Shown: piece after piece, positions 55,310-64,000 of the stretch | Layout of the letters: each line of letters opens with the position of its first letter | Numbering within the stretch: position 1 is the stretch's first letter | Origin: an uncultured Candidatus Saccharibacteria bacterium | Lineage (GTDB): Bacteria; Patescibacteriota; Saccharimonadia; Saccharimonadales; UBA7683 | Direction of reading: 5' to 3' | NCBI GenBank assembly: GCA_964541305.1 | Contig: CAZIPE010000001.1 | Coordinates: 12,138-76,137, forward strand | Length of the DNA: 64,000 nt | Notes under the pieces: model-generated | Databases searched by the model: none | What the model saw: only the letters and a program-made list of their open reading frames with translations | What the model was told of the DNA's origin: nothing | Translations under genes and position numbers: made by a program

Positions 55310-55312
55310 AAC
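55288..55312. repeat. 25-bp exact direct repeat, copy 1 (TAGATAGCCCACCGAAGCAATAAAA)
   Basis: Identical copy at 55572-55596. The ~259 nt between them contains nested inverted repeats (GTACCCC...GGGGTAC). Confidence 0.7.
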
Positions 55313-55571
55313 CCTAAGCTTGCACAGCCATTATTTAGAACTGCGACTCTCTTTGATCTCTTTCTCAGACGGATGAATAGGCAAGAAACAAAAAAACATT
55401 TATAAATTCAAAATCACCTGCGAAAGGCTTAACTGATAAATCAGCGTACCCCTTTATGCCAGGTGATTTGCTTTGAGATTTCCCTAGCATAGGGTTTCCG
55501 CATTGCGGTTACCTACTCAGAATCTAGGGGTACGGTATCGTCTTTCGACTTCCCGTAGATATTTTAACATA

Positions 55572-55596
55572 TAGATAGCCCACCGAAGCAATAAAA
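55572..55596. repeat. 25-bp exact direct repeat, copy 2
   Basis: See copy 1. Confidence 0.7.
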
Positions 55597-55888
55597 AAAG
55601 ACCACGGTCCATATGGGGTGATCTATGTCGCACAAGCTGTATTGTTAGACTAGATTGTGTGATGCTCGTTGTAGACTCGCTTTAAGTCGTTGTCTACTAC
55701 GTTTTGCAGATATATAATTCGAAGTAGATTTGTACCTTACTAGGCTGACGGAATACTACCCTTCTCTCTCATTGTTTACTCGGGGCTCGCTACCTTACCT
55801 CCTCCTCCATAGTTCATTGTGGTGAATTATGGGGGGAGAGGTTTTGAAAAGGTCGAGCTCCCTGTAACGTAAACGGAGGACTTATGTG

Positions 55889-56020
55889 ATGGCGAAAGCT
55901 AAAAACATACGCTACCGAAGGGCCGATAATGGTCGGTACACAACAGAGAGATATGCTGTAAAGCATCCTCACACCACTGTTCGTGAAACCGACAAGGCTC
56001 GGAGGACTAAGAAGAAGTAA
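55889..56020 (+). CDS. Candidate 43-aa highly basic small protein (MAKAKNIRYRRADNGRYTTERYAVKHPHTTVRETDKARRTKKK)
   Basis: Strong SD GGAGGA 8 nt upstream of the ATG. Below the size cutoff of the ORF track. Confidence 0.3.
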   Translation: MAKAKNIRYRRADNGRYTTERYAVKHPHTTVRETDKARRTKKK

Positions 56021-56125
56021 TTCTTTTTAGTGGTGTTTCCGTCAGTCTAATATGGTACAAATCGCTATAAGAATTTTCTATCTGAGTCACACGGTCGCAT
56101 CTGAAATGTTGGGTAATCTTTTGTT

Positions 56126-56200
<75 letters not shown>

Positions 56201-56261
56201 AAAATACCATAACAGAGTAGCAGATGTTCGTGGTCGACACAAATTACTTACAATATGTACT

Positions 56262-56609
56262 TTAGAACAATTGTAGCTGCTCAAAATTTTTAGAATAACG
56301 TTGTTTCACTTGGGCTTTTTTTGAGGGAATGGTACGGATGCCCTTTAGGTACGGGATATTCCCTCCAAAACTGCTAATTATTCTTGCAGTTAATTCAGTA
56401 TCATACGTTAAATCTACATTAAGAATTTCCGGCATGATATGTTGAGCTGAATCAAGATCATAACTTTTTGCATTTTCATCGAGCCAATACAGCGAATTTG
56501 TCACCGCCAATTCTGGTGTAGTTGCGACTGCATTAATTGTTAAGTGTCCAATTTCCACAGCATATATTTGTGGAAATTTAACTTGTGATAATTCAATTCT
56601 TTCAGACAT
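56262..56609 (-). CDS. Hypothetical protein embedded between tRNA-Tyr and tRNA-Thr
   Basis: 115-aa ORF filling the inter-tRNA gap. No motif. Confidence 0.4.
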   Translation of the reverse strand: MSERIELSQVKFPQIYAVEIGHLTINAVATTPELAVTNSLYWLDENAKSYDLDSAQHIMPEILNVDLTYDTELTARIISSFGGNIPYLKGIRTIPSKKAQVKQRYSKNFEQLQLF

Positions 56610-56617
56610 AGTTTAAA

Positions 56618-56703
56618 TGGTGCTGGGAGTAGGATTCGAACCTACGAAGGCATAAGCCAGCAGATTTACAGTCTGCCGTGTTTGACCGCTTCACTATCCC
56701 AGC
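56618..56703 (-). tRNA. tRNA-Tyr (anticodon GTA), long variable arm
   Basis: Minus strand GCTGGGA...GCAGA-CTGTAAA-TCTGC...GTAGG-TTCGAAT-CCTAC-TCCCAGC-A-CCA. Confidence 0.85.
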
Positions 56704-56827
56704 TCGTCGACGTTTACTACAAGTTACGGTTTTAATTGTACAAATTAAAATCCTTCACTTTTCGTTACGTCTCCTCTCAAATTGAAAAAGTCGCAAGCGC
56801 TTTGTTTTTCAATTTGTAAAGAATACT

Positions 56828-56904
56828 ATGGAGCCGCCTGTCGGATTCGAACCGACGACCTACTGTTTACAAAACAGTCGCTCTAACCAACTGAGCTAAG
56901 GCGG
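56828..56904 (-). tRNA. tRNA-Thr (anticodon TGT)
   Basis: Minus strand GCCGCCT-TA-GCTC-AGTTGGTTA-GAGC-G-ACTGT-TTTGTAA-ACAGT-AGGTC-GTCGG-TTCGAAT-CCGAC-AGGCGGC-T-CCA. Confidence 0.9.
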
Positions 56905-56966
56905 CACATCTGTTACTTAACTGTAACACTATACGAAATTTTACTCTAAACTGCAAATGACACTCA

Positions 56967-57626
56967 TTACATCACAACTTTGCGAGGTTGTTTGATTCGA
57001 GCCGCTTTTTTGATCTTCACATTCGCCTTCTTCATAGCTGTTTCAATCTTTTTAGCATCTTCGTCGCGCCCTACTTTTTTGTATGCATCCATAACCAGCA
57101 TATAGGTTTGGCGGTTAGGCTGAAGGCGCGCAGCTGTTTCGAGCGATTCCACCATCTTCTTTTCGTTTCCTAGCTTGTCTTGCACTTTGGCATAGGCAAT
57201 ATAACGAGTTGGTACGTCATCTTCTTCGTCTAGCGCTGTTTCGAGTACGTGGGCAGCTTTATTGTATTCTGCAGTCTCTAAATACACCAAACCAAGGTTA
57301 TGCAGTGTCGATGCATTAGGCTCTAGGCTTTGAGCAATTTCAAAACACTCCACCGCGTGATCAAATGAGCGTTGTTTTGCATATAAAATACCGAGGCGGT
57401 TGTAGGCTCCAGCGTTACGTTCGTCAAACTTCAAAATGGTAAGCAAGGCTCGTTCAGCACGAAGGAACTTGTTTTCTTTCAGAGATTTGAATGCATCATC
57501 CCATAGTTTCTGAAGTCTATCCCCTACGCGATTACTTACCAGCTCGTCGGCTTGTTCCTCGGCCTGATTCATGGCATAGACCGTCCAGCCACCAAGACCA
57601 ATAATTATAAATAATGAGAGTATCAT
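56967..57626 (-). CDS. Membrane-anchored TPR-repeat protein
   Basis: N-terminal TM followed by 3-4 TPR-like 34-aa units (AYNRLGILYAKQRSFDHAVECFEIAQSLEP...). Confidence 0.65.
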   Translation of the reverse strand: MILSLFIIIGLGGWTVYAMNQAEEQADELVSNRVGDRLQKLWDDAFKSLKENKFLRAERALLTILKFDERNAGAYNRLGILYAKQRSFDHAVECFEIAQSLEPNASTLHNLGLVYLETAEYNKAAHVLETALDEEDDVPTRYIAYAKVQDKLGNEKKMVESLETAARLQPNRQTYMLVMDAYKKVGRDEDAKKIETAMKKANVKIKKAARIKQPRKVVM

Positions 57627-57680
57627 TGATATAAATTATAGCATTATGAGAACACTCCCCAAAGTACAGTGGTTATGATA

Positions 57681-58517
57681 CTACAATTGTTCTGCGAATT
57701 TAGTGAGATGAATCTTGGGGTTGCCTGATATACTCTTCAAATTGTGGGTGGTAAGTTCAACGAGCTGTGCCTGATCTTTAAGTTTTGTGAGCACCTGCTT
57801 ATTACTCGTATTTCCACGTATCAAGGCCTGTAAAATTGTGGTGATGTTTTGCAAAAAAAGTAATGCCCAGTCTCTCTCGTAACTATGTGCAGTCAGGATT
57901 TTGTGTCGTTCATATTTCGGTGCACCATAAAAAAGTTTTGCTGTGTTCATCTCGGTTTGAGCAGCTTCCAAAGTTTCATTGTCGGTCATAGCTTGAGAGA
58001 GTGCACCTGGTAAGCCACGGGTGATACTGGCTATTTTGCTAAACTCATCTGTATCGCCAGCAAACTCAGGCTTAAAGTAGGTTACGGTATCCTCTTTGGT
58101 TGGAGCTACAACTTGAATGGTTGTGCAACGCGACTGAATGGTTGAAAGCAGGCTTTGTACGCTCGGAGCTGTGAGGATGAACAGAACGTTCTCTGGTGGT
58201 TCCTCGAGAAGTTTTAAGAATGCGTTCTGAGCCTCAGAGCCAAGATTATCGGCATCTCTGACAACTATTGCCTGTTTTCTGCCTGTTTTTGTCTTTTCAT
58301 AAAGTTCTCGTATTTGGTCTATTGAAATTGTAGATTTCTTTTCTAAGACCTCTACGACACTATACTGTGCACCCATTTTATAGCTAAGCCAACATGCTAG
58401 ATAAAACTTTCCAATGCCGTCCTCGCCATGTAGTAAAACGGCGTGCGGAGGATGCGCAAGATAAAGATCTAGTTGTATACGAGTCCGGTGATGCAACAGA
58501 GGTTCTTTCATAATCAT
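57681..58517 (-). CDS. holB: DNA polymerase III delta' subunit-like AAA+ protein
   Basis: Degenerate Walker A GEDGIGKF, SRC motif (IQSRCTTI), and sensor-2-like region. About 278 aa. Confidence 0.65.
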   Translation of the reverse strand: MIMKEPLLHHRTRIQLDLYLAHPPHAVLLHGEDGIGKFYLACWLSYKMGAQYSVVEVLEKKSTISIDQIRELYEKTKTGRKQAIVVRDADNLGSEAQNAFLKLLEEPPENVLFILTAPSVQSLLSTIQSRCTTIQVVAPTKEDTVTYFKPEFAGDTDEFSKIASITRGLPGALSQAMTDNETLEAAQTEMNTAKLFYGAPKYERHKILTAHSYERDWALLFLQNITTILQALIRGNTSNKQVLTKLKDQAQLVELTTHNLKSISGNPKIHLTKFAEQL

Positions 58518-59395
58518 AGAGAAAATTCTGCGGGTGTTTCCGTCTCAAAAACACGTCGTTCACCGTCAGGTAGTGTTATTTCAAGCTGACGTGCGTGCAG
58601 TAACATCCGTTCATTGTCAGATCCTTCGTAGAGTGCATCACCCACAATAGGGTGTTTGAGGTATGCGAGGTGAACGCGCAGTTGATGAGTGCGGCCCGTA
58701 ACTGGTCGTAATTCAAGAAGTGAACGCGTGCTGTTTGTTTTTAAAAGCCTAAATGCGGTCTGGGCTGATTTGCCGTTAATACCTGCTCTAAATGTTGCCG
58801 GTTTCTTGGGGTTGCGTCCGATGGGTATGTCTATCAGGCCTTCAGTTTCAGAGAGCTCACCTTCAATTACTGCAAGATATGTTTTTTTGACGCTTCGACC
58901 AGCAAACTGTTTCTGAATATAGGTTTGAGCCATCTCATTTTTTGCGCAAATGATAACCCCACTTGTTCCTCTGTCTAGTCGATGCACGATACCCGCACGG
59001 TTGGATTCCCAAAACACATCATCAGTAGTTATCTTCGATGTGGCAGAAGTCACGTGTCGTTTTAGCCACGTAGCAACTGTAGCTTCATTATGTAGCGTAC
59101 CTTTCGCATGCGTAAGGACACCAGCTGGCTTATCTACTACTACTATATTTTCATCTTCGTACACTATCGGAAGCGAAATATCAGGGGGAGCCTGATTCAC
59201 GACGCTCAGGTCGATTGTGATAACATCATCAGACTTTGTCTTGTACTTAGTTTTTACAGACATGCCATTGACCTGAACAGAGCCATCATCAATAAGTTTT
59301 TCAAGTAGAGACCTCGAATACTGCGGAAATGCAGAAGAAAGCACCTTATCTAGGCGCTCACCGACATTAAAATCCTCTACCTTCTGACTATTCAC
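58514..59395 (-). CDS. RluA-family pseudouridine synthase (RluD-like, N-terminal S4 domain)
   Basis: Catalytic motif HRLDRGTSGVIICAKN. S4-like N-terminus (RLDKVLS). Confidence 0.85.
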   Translation of the reverse strand: MNSQKVEDFNVGERLDKVLSSAFPQYSRSLLEKLIDDGSVQVNGMSVKTKYKTKSDDVITIDLSVVNQAPPDISLPIVYEDENIVVVDKPAGVLTHAKGTLHNEATVATWLKRHVTSATSKITTDDVFWESNRAGIVHRLDRGTSGVIICAKNEMAQTYIQKQFAGRSVKKTYLAVIEGELSETEGLIDIPIGRNPKKPATFRAGINGKSAQTAFRLLKTNSTRSLLELRPVTGRTHQLRVHLAYLKHPIVGDALYEGSDNERMLLHARQLEITLPDGERRVFETETPAEFSL

Positions 59396-59423
59396 TGCCC
59401 TATTGTAACTCTAATCAGTTAAA

Positions 59424-59915
59424 TTAGTCTTGATTTTTAATCTTTTGCTTGCGATTTTTAGCTTTGTCTTTGTTCTGTTTATGAACAATACTTTTTCCGC
59501 TTAGTTTGATTCCGTATGTTTTTTCAAACAACTTCTTAATTGTGGCTATTTCATCTGTGCTTGTGATTACTGCAATTACTGGCAAAAAATCTCCTGCATC
59601 AAAATCCTCATTATCAATATGCTCTGCAAAAGATACTCTTGAAAATCCCTTTATATCTTCTCCTTGCACCGTCAAATCTATAACTAGGCCTTGGTCGAAA
59701 ACTATCAGGTGGGCGTAGGAACTTACATAGCAATCGTCTGAATCTATTTCTAATGGGCAATTTTGATTCACCCAGACTTTATAGTCTTCATCAACCCATA
59801 ATGCATCGGCATCGATAATCCAGGCACTGCCGGGTACTGCGTCCTTGATTGTTGGTCTTTCAAGCCTTTCGGGTAGCTGTGCTTGTGTACCGTCTAGTTC
59901 TCCGTTTTGAAACAT
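59424..59915 (-). CDS. Hypothetical protein
   Basis: 163-aa ORF with a Lys-rich C-terminal tail. No motif. Confidence 0.4.
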   Translation of the reverse strand: MFQNGELDGTQAQLPERLERPTIKDAVPGSAWIIDADALWVDEDYKVWVNQNCPLEIDSDDCYVSSYAHLIVFDQGLVIDLTVQGEDIKGFSRVSFAEHIDNEDFDAGDFLPVIAVITSTDEIATIKKLFEKTYGIKLSGKSIVHKQNKDKAKNRKQKIKNQD

Positions 59916-59963
59916 TATAGAACTACGTTAGCACATCTGTTTTTGACGTCAACGTTAAGCGTT

Positions 59964-60992
59964 TTAGCGTAGCCCTACGGCTTCTTGCGCTTTTAACAGC
60001 GTTGCGCTGGCAACTTCGTTCATCATAGCTTCTGAAGAATTAAGTTTTTCCTCAACTGCCTGCATGTCGACTTGACCATATGCTGACTGGAAATTGTTCA
60101 AAAAGCTTTCAGTGGCGTCTGCGACTGCCTTTTTTAAATTGCCGTAACTTGTTTGTCCTGTGTATTCTGAAGCTACCTCTTCAAGTCTGCGACCGCTAAA
60201 TAAAGCCAGGATTTGCAGAAGATTACTTATACCTGGCTGATTTACATAATCAAGATTAATACTCCCGACACTATCGGTGTTAGCACTCATGATTTTCTTG
60301 ACTGCCTCCTCGGGAGCGTCGCTGAGGAAAATAATACCTCTACCCCATTCATCCGACTTGCTCATCTTCTTGGTTGGGTCGACTAAGTCTTTAATTCTAA
60401 GTCCCTGATCTTTACCAAAAAATTCGTGTTGTTTCTTCACTTCGTGTGGTACGGTAAATAATTCACCGAATTTAGCGTTCATTCGCTGGGCAATATCGCG
60501 CGTAAATTCAAGATGTTGGCTCTGATCATCACCCACGGGTACATATTCGGCTCCGTAGAGTAGTATATCTGCAGCCATGAGTACGGGGTAGTCAAAAAGG
60601 CCAACACTAATTCTGTCGCTGTCTAACTTCGCAGATTTGTCCTTGAACTGCGTCATTCGTGACATTTCACCCATACCGGTGAAGCAATTAAGTATTACTG
60701 TGAGCTCGCTGTGAGCCGATATACGGCTTTGGCGGTAGATATGGATATCTGGGACATCTAACGGCAATCCTGCAGCTACAAACAGTCGTAGATTGTCCAT
60801 AATCTGCTCTTTCAACAAGCTGTGGTCTATAGGTGTTGTAAAACTATGCAAATCTGGCACAAACAAATTAATTTGATATTCGTTTGCCTTGTTTTTTGCC
60901 ATATCAATAAGCGGTAGCAATGCACCGAAATAATTTCCGATATGCAGATCGTTATTGGCTCGAAGTCCCGTTAGAATGACTGGTTTACTCAT
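59964..60992 (-). CDS. trpS: Tryptophan--tRNA ligase
   Basis: HIGN (HIGH) and KMSKS motifs. TrpRS-like GLRANNDLHIGNYFGA N-terminus. 342 aa. Confidence 0.85.
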   Translation of the reverse strand: MSKPVILTGLRANNDLHIGNYFGALLPLIDMAKNKANEYQINLFVPDLHSFTTPIDHSLLKEQIMDNLRLFVAAGLPLDVPDIHIYRQSRISAHSELTVILNCFTGMGEMSRMTQFKDKSAKLDSDRISVGLFDYPVLMAADILLYGAEYVPVGDDQSQHLEFTRDIAQRMNAKFGELFTVPHEVKKQHEFFGKDQGLRIKDLVDPTKKMSKSDEWGRGIIFLSDAPEEAVKKIMSANTDSVGSINLDYVNQPGISNLLQILALFSGRRLEEVASEYTGQTSYGNLKKAVADATESFLNNFQSAYGQVDMQAVEEKLNSSEAMMNEVASATLLKAQEAVGLR

Positions 60993-61063
60993 AATGAGAC
61001 TATTATACTTTATCTCGTAGATACATATGAAATAAAAACACCCCTTTCGGGGTGTGATAATTG

Positions 61064-61462
61064 TTAACGCTTTGAGAATTGCTCGGTGCGTCTGGCACCT
61101 TTGAGACCTGGCTTCATTCGTTCTTTTTCGCGTGGATCACGCTTGAGTAGGCCATTCTTCTTGAGTGTAGACCGATAATCATCATTCATAGCACTGAGTG
61201 CTTTAGCAATCGCAAGCTTACAGGCACCAATTTGTGAGTGGTGTCCGCCACCATCTACCTTTAGGGTAATATCAAAGCTATCTGTCTTCTGAAGGAGACG
61301 CAGTGGCTCAGTTAATTCGTAAAGGAGTGCTTCGTTGTTGGAAAAATAGTCAGCTGCAGGTGTTTCGTTAAGCGTAATAACGCCTTTACCGCCGAGTAGT
61401 CGTGCTCGTGCAGTAGAACTCTTGCGTCGTCCTAGTCCGTAAAAATAGGTTTCTTTTTTCAT
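61064..61462 (-). CDS. rpsI: 30S ribosomal protein S9
   Basis: GGGHHSQIGACKLAIAKAL...KRDPREKERMKPGLKGARR...KR C-terminus. Confidence 0.9.
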   Translation of the reverse strand: MKKETYFYGLGRRKSSTARARLLGGKGVITLNETPAADYFSNNEALLYELTEPLRLLQKTDSFDITLKVDGGGHHSQIGACKLAIAKALSAMNDDYRSTLKKNGLLKRDPREKERMKPGLKGARRTEQFSKR

Positions 61463-61920
61463 TATTTCGACTCCTTAGGTGCGCTAAAGCTAATTTTAGT
61501 TGGTTGCTGAGCGTTGTGCTCGTGTTCTTCTCCAGCGAAGACATGAAGTCGCTTCAAACGTTCAGGCTGGAGCTTGTTGCGGGGAATCATTCCACGTACC
61601 GAAGCTACAATAACACTTCCAGAATCTTTAGCAATTTTATCACCGAGAGTAACTTCTTTAATTCCGCCAGGAAAACCAGTGTGACGGTAATATTTCTTAC
61701 CAAGTAGCTTATTACCTGTCACCACTAACTTATCGGTGTTAATAACAACAATGTGGTCACCACAATCAATATGCGGGGTATACATAGGCTTATCTTTGCC
61801 CATAAGTTTCGTAGCTATTACAGTAGAGAGACGGCCGAGGGGTGCATCTGATGCATCAATGACATACCAGTTTCGAGTAACTTCGGATGGTTTCGCGCTA
61901 TATGTTTTAACATTTTTCAT
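61462..61920 (-). CDS. rplM: 50S ribosomal protein L13
   Basis: KTYSAKPSEVTRNWYVIDA...TPHIDCGDHIVVINTDK. Confidence 0.9.
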   Translation of the reverse strand: MKNVKTYSAKPSEVTRNWYVIDASDAPLGRLSTVIATKLMGKDKPMYTPHIDCGDHIVVINTDKLVVTGNKLLGKKYYRHTGFPGGIKEVTLGDKIAKDSGSVIVASVRGMIPRNKLQPERLKRLHVFAGEEHEHNAQQPTKISFSAPKESK

Positions 61921-62450
61921 TATCTATTACCTCTTACGCCAGTTCGCTTCTTTGTAGCGGTCGTAGACGTAGCTTTAAGTGCGGATTTCGTAGTAGCCAG
62001 TTTATCTTTAACAACCTTGGTAACCTTTGCATCATGTTCGGTCGATACTTTTTTAGCAGTCGGTGCTGATTTGCCGGTAGTAGCAGTGTCTTTAATTTCA
62101 TCAACAAAAGATATGCGGGCCATCTGAGTGTTATCTCCGCGACGAAGTTCTGTTCGCTCAATGCGCAGGTAGCCACTTGTTCGCTTCATGACAGGTGCAA
62201 TCTGTTCGACGAGTTTGTGAGCGGCATCTTTGTTAGAAAGCTTATCAATAATCTGACGTCTGTTGTGTAGGTCATTTTTACGTGCCTTGCTCACGAGCTT
62301 TTCAACATAAGGACGAAGATCTTTCGCTTTAGGCAGTGTTGTCTCGATGCTACCGTGTTCAATAAGAGCAATAGCAAGGCCACGCATTAAAGCAGTGCGC
62401 TGATCACGCTCTCTTCCAAATTTACGACCTTTGTATGAGTGACGATGCAT
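61920..62450 (-). CDS. rplQ: 50S ribosomal protein L17 (C-terminal extension)
   Basis: MHRHSYKGRKFGRERDQRTALMRGLA...; 176 aa versus a ~125-aa core. Confidence 0.9.
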   Translation of the reverse strand: MHRHSYKGRKFGRERDQRTALMRGLAIALIEHGSIETTLPKAKDLRPYVEKLVSKARKNDLHNRRQIIDKLSNKDAAHKLVEQIAPVMKRTSGYLRIERTELRRGDNTQMARISFVDEIKDTATTGKSAPTAKKVSTEHDAKVTKVVKDKLATTKSALKATSTTATKKRTGVRGNR

Positions 62451-63373
62451 TAGAACTCCAATTCAGCCAGTTTATCCTTAACTTCATCAAGGGCCTTAGA
62501 TCCAAAACCTTTTAGGTCTCGGAGGTCAACTTCACCAAGTGTGACGAGATCGCCAACTGTTTTAATTCCGTTATTCACAAGTGCATTAGCAGTGCGAGCG
62601 GTAAGGTTAAGATCCTCAATTGAGGTCATTAACGCAGCTGTTTCTTCAGTATGGGCAGTTTGCGAAAGGGGCTGAGCCGCAGCAACAGTAGTGCTACCGG
62701 CAAGCGCTGTGTACTGGTTTACCAAAATGGCAGAAGCCTGTTCAAATGCTTCGCGTGGTGAAATGGAGCCGTCAGTGTCAATTGTCAGTAGTAGCTTATC
62801 GAGGTCAGTCATCTGGCCGACACGTGTACTTTCAACTTTGTAGCGCACGCGAGTAACAGGGGTGAATAGTGCATCAACTGCAATCATGTCGCTCGGGCGG
62901 CTCGCAGCTGGCGCTGCTTCAATAGTGCGGTACCCGCGACCAGTTTCTACCAAGATATCCATAACAAAAGGCTTGTTGCTATCGAGTGTAGCAATAACGT
63001 GCTCAGGGTTAACTACTTCAACCTGATCAGTTGTTTTGATATCGCCAACCGTGATTGCACCTTTTTTATTCTTCTCTAAACGTACAATCTGCGGTTCATC
63101 GCTAAATACCTTGAAGCGAGCTTGTTTAAGGTTGAGCATAATGTCTACGACATCTTCTTTGACACCGTCAACAGTAGTGAATTCGTGAGTAATACCTTCA
63201 ATTTTAAATGCTACGACGCTCGCACCTGAGATAGATGAAAGAAGAACTCGTCGTAAGCTATTACCAAGAGTCATACCGTAGCCAGTATGAAGCGGTTCTA
63301 TAACCATAGTAGCGCTGTGTGCGCTGTGGTCGTCGACTGATGCGAGGGTTGGGTTATGGATCATTTTTGACAT
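62450..63373 (-). CDS. rpoA: DNA-directed RNA polymerase subunit alpha
   Basis: N-terminal-domain motifs (GYGMTLGNSLRRVLLSSI) and C-terminal-domain HhH (TVGDLVTLGEVDLRDLKGFG). Confidence 0.9.
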   Translation of the reverse strand: MSKMIHNPTLASVDDHSAHSATMVIEPLHTGYGMTLGNSLRRVLLSSISGASVVAFKIEGITHEFTTVDGVKEDVVDIMLNLKQARFKVFSDEPQIVRLEKNKKGAITVGDIKTTDQVEVVNPEHVIATLDSNKPFVMDILVETGRGYRTIEAAPAASRPSDMIAVDALFTPVTRVRYKVESTRVGQMTDLDKLLLTIDTDGSISPREAFEQASAILVNQYTALAGSTTVAAAQPLSQTAHTEETAALMTSIEDLNLTARTANALVNNGIKTVGDLVTLGEVDLRDLKGFGSKALDEVKDKLAELEF

Positions 63374-63387
63374 TGTGTGCTCCTTTG

Positions 63388-64000
63388 TTAGCGTGAGTAG
63401 TACTCTACAATTAATTGTTCGTTAATATCTGGTTCAGATTCTTCTCTCTGTGGAAGGCCGGTAATAGTAATTTTCAGTTTCTTCACGTCGCTGGTGAGCC
63501 AGCTTAGTTGCGGCTGGCTAGCGGTTGCGTGAATGTCAGCAATTTCCTTGAAGTATTCGTTTTTTGCGCTCTTTTCGCGAACAGTAATGACGTCACCTTC
63601 ACTAACCCGAATTGATGGTATATCAACGCGTCGTCCGTTGAGCATAAAGTGGCCGTGGCCAACAAGTTGACGAGAGGCGCGGCGTGAAGTCGCGAATCCT
63701 GCACGGTATACTGCATTGTCGAGACGCTGTTCAAGTAGACGAAGTAGAATTTGACCAGACTGACCCTTGGAACGGTTGGCTTCCTTCATGAGATTGCTAA
63801 ACTGCTTTTCCATAAGACCATACAGACGACGAACCTTCTGTTTTTCACGGAGCTGCAATGCATAACCAGTCAGTTTTCGCTGACGCCCGTGACCGTGTTC
63901 GCCCGGTATGGTGCTCCGTTTGGCCATAATCTTATGAGCTTTAGGATGAAGCGCATAGCCTTCTCTTCGACTTTGTTTAACAATTGGTGAAGTATCTCGT
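63388..64000 (-). CDS. rpsD: 30S ribosomal protein S4, 5' end beyond window
   Basis: PGEHGHGRQRKLTGYALQLREKQKVRRLYG. The in-frame upstream stretch SPIVKQSRREGYALHPK aligns with the S4 N-terminus (GPKxKLxRREGTxLFLK), so the true start is about 2 codons past the window end. No zinc-finger cysteines. Confidence 0.85.
   Translation of the reverse strand, partial: RDTSPIVKQSRREGYALHPKAHKIMAKRSTIPGEHGHGRQRKLTGYALQLREKQKVRRLYGLMEKQFSNLMKEANRSKGQSGQILLRLLEQRLDNAVYRAGFATSRRASRQLVGHGHFMLNGRRVDIPSIRVSEGDVITVREKSAKNEYFKEIADIHATASQPQLSWLTSDVKKLKITITGLPQREESEPDINEQLIVEYYSR

Overview
The window is a gene-dense, low-GC bacterial chromosome segment, read from the sequence itself as roughly 40-45% GC. Genes are compact and often overlap by a few bases (ATGA/TAATG junctions). 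Several ribosomal proteins carry extensions and there are giant repeat-rich surface proteins, which is typical of reduced-genome, possibly CPR/Saccharibacteria-like, bacteria. That assignment is inference only.

The backbone is housekeeping: rpsD-rpoA-rplQ-rplM-rpsI, trpS, rluD-like, holB, three tRNAs (Thr-TGT, Tyr-GTA, Thr-GGT), rpmG, secE-nusG-rplK-rplA, rplJ-rplL, dnaX-ybaB-recR, dnaB and cysS.

The classical tRNA-tuf-rpmG-secE-nusG-rplKAJL array is broken by insertions:
- No tuf is present. In its place is a 1.2 kb segment with a decayed tRNA-Thr 3'-half copy, 25-bp direct repeats and a tiny basic ORF.
- A histidine kinase, a DUF45-like hydrolase, a P-loop module and an inverted tRNA-Trp sit between rpmG and secE.
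- Extra ORFs lie between nusG/rplK and rplK/rplA.
- A ~10 kb block separates rplA from rplJ. It carries a nucleotide-metabolism island (dcd, Tmk fused to a duplicated ThyX, deoxyribosyltransferase-like, kinase, HIT, cytidylyltransferase), a cimA/leuA-like-ridA-ilvA operon with a Leu-rich leader peptide and attenuator-like hairpins, and a GGDEF gene.

The most striking accessory locus is at 8.0-22.0 kb. It encodes a stand-alone receiver and a 1777-aa membrane histidine kinase with an extracellular region of about 14 NHL repeats, FN3 domains and a GLUG domain. Next comes a 2020-aa N-anchored surface protein with LamG domains, a ~55-aa Trp/Gly repeat propeller-like array and FN3/PAP-N-like domains. 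Translationally coupled to these is a MacB/FtsX-type (type VII) ABC transporter. This looks like an undescribed giant sensor/adhesin plus mechanotransducing-ABC signalling module.

A second candidate system is an SF2 (ResIII-like DExH) helicase co-transcribed with a 558-aa coiled-coil/wHTH protein of unknown function. Several genes carry an extended -10 (TGnTATAAT/TACAAT) only 6-12 nt upstream of the start codon, suggesting leaderless mRNAs. No CRISPR array and no recognisable transposase or integrase was seen.
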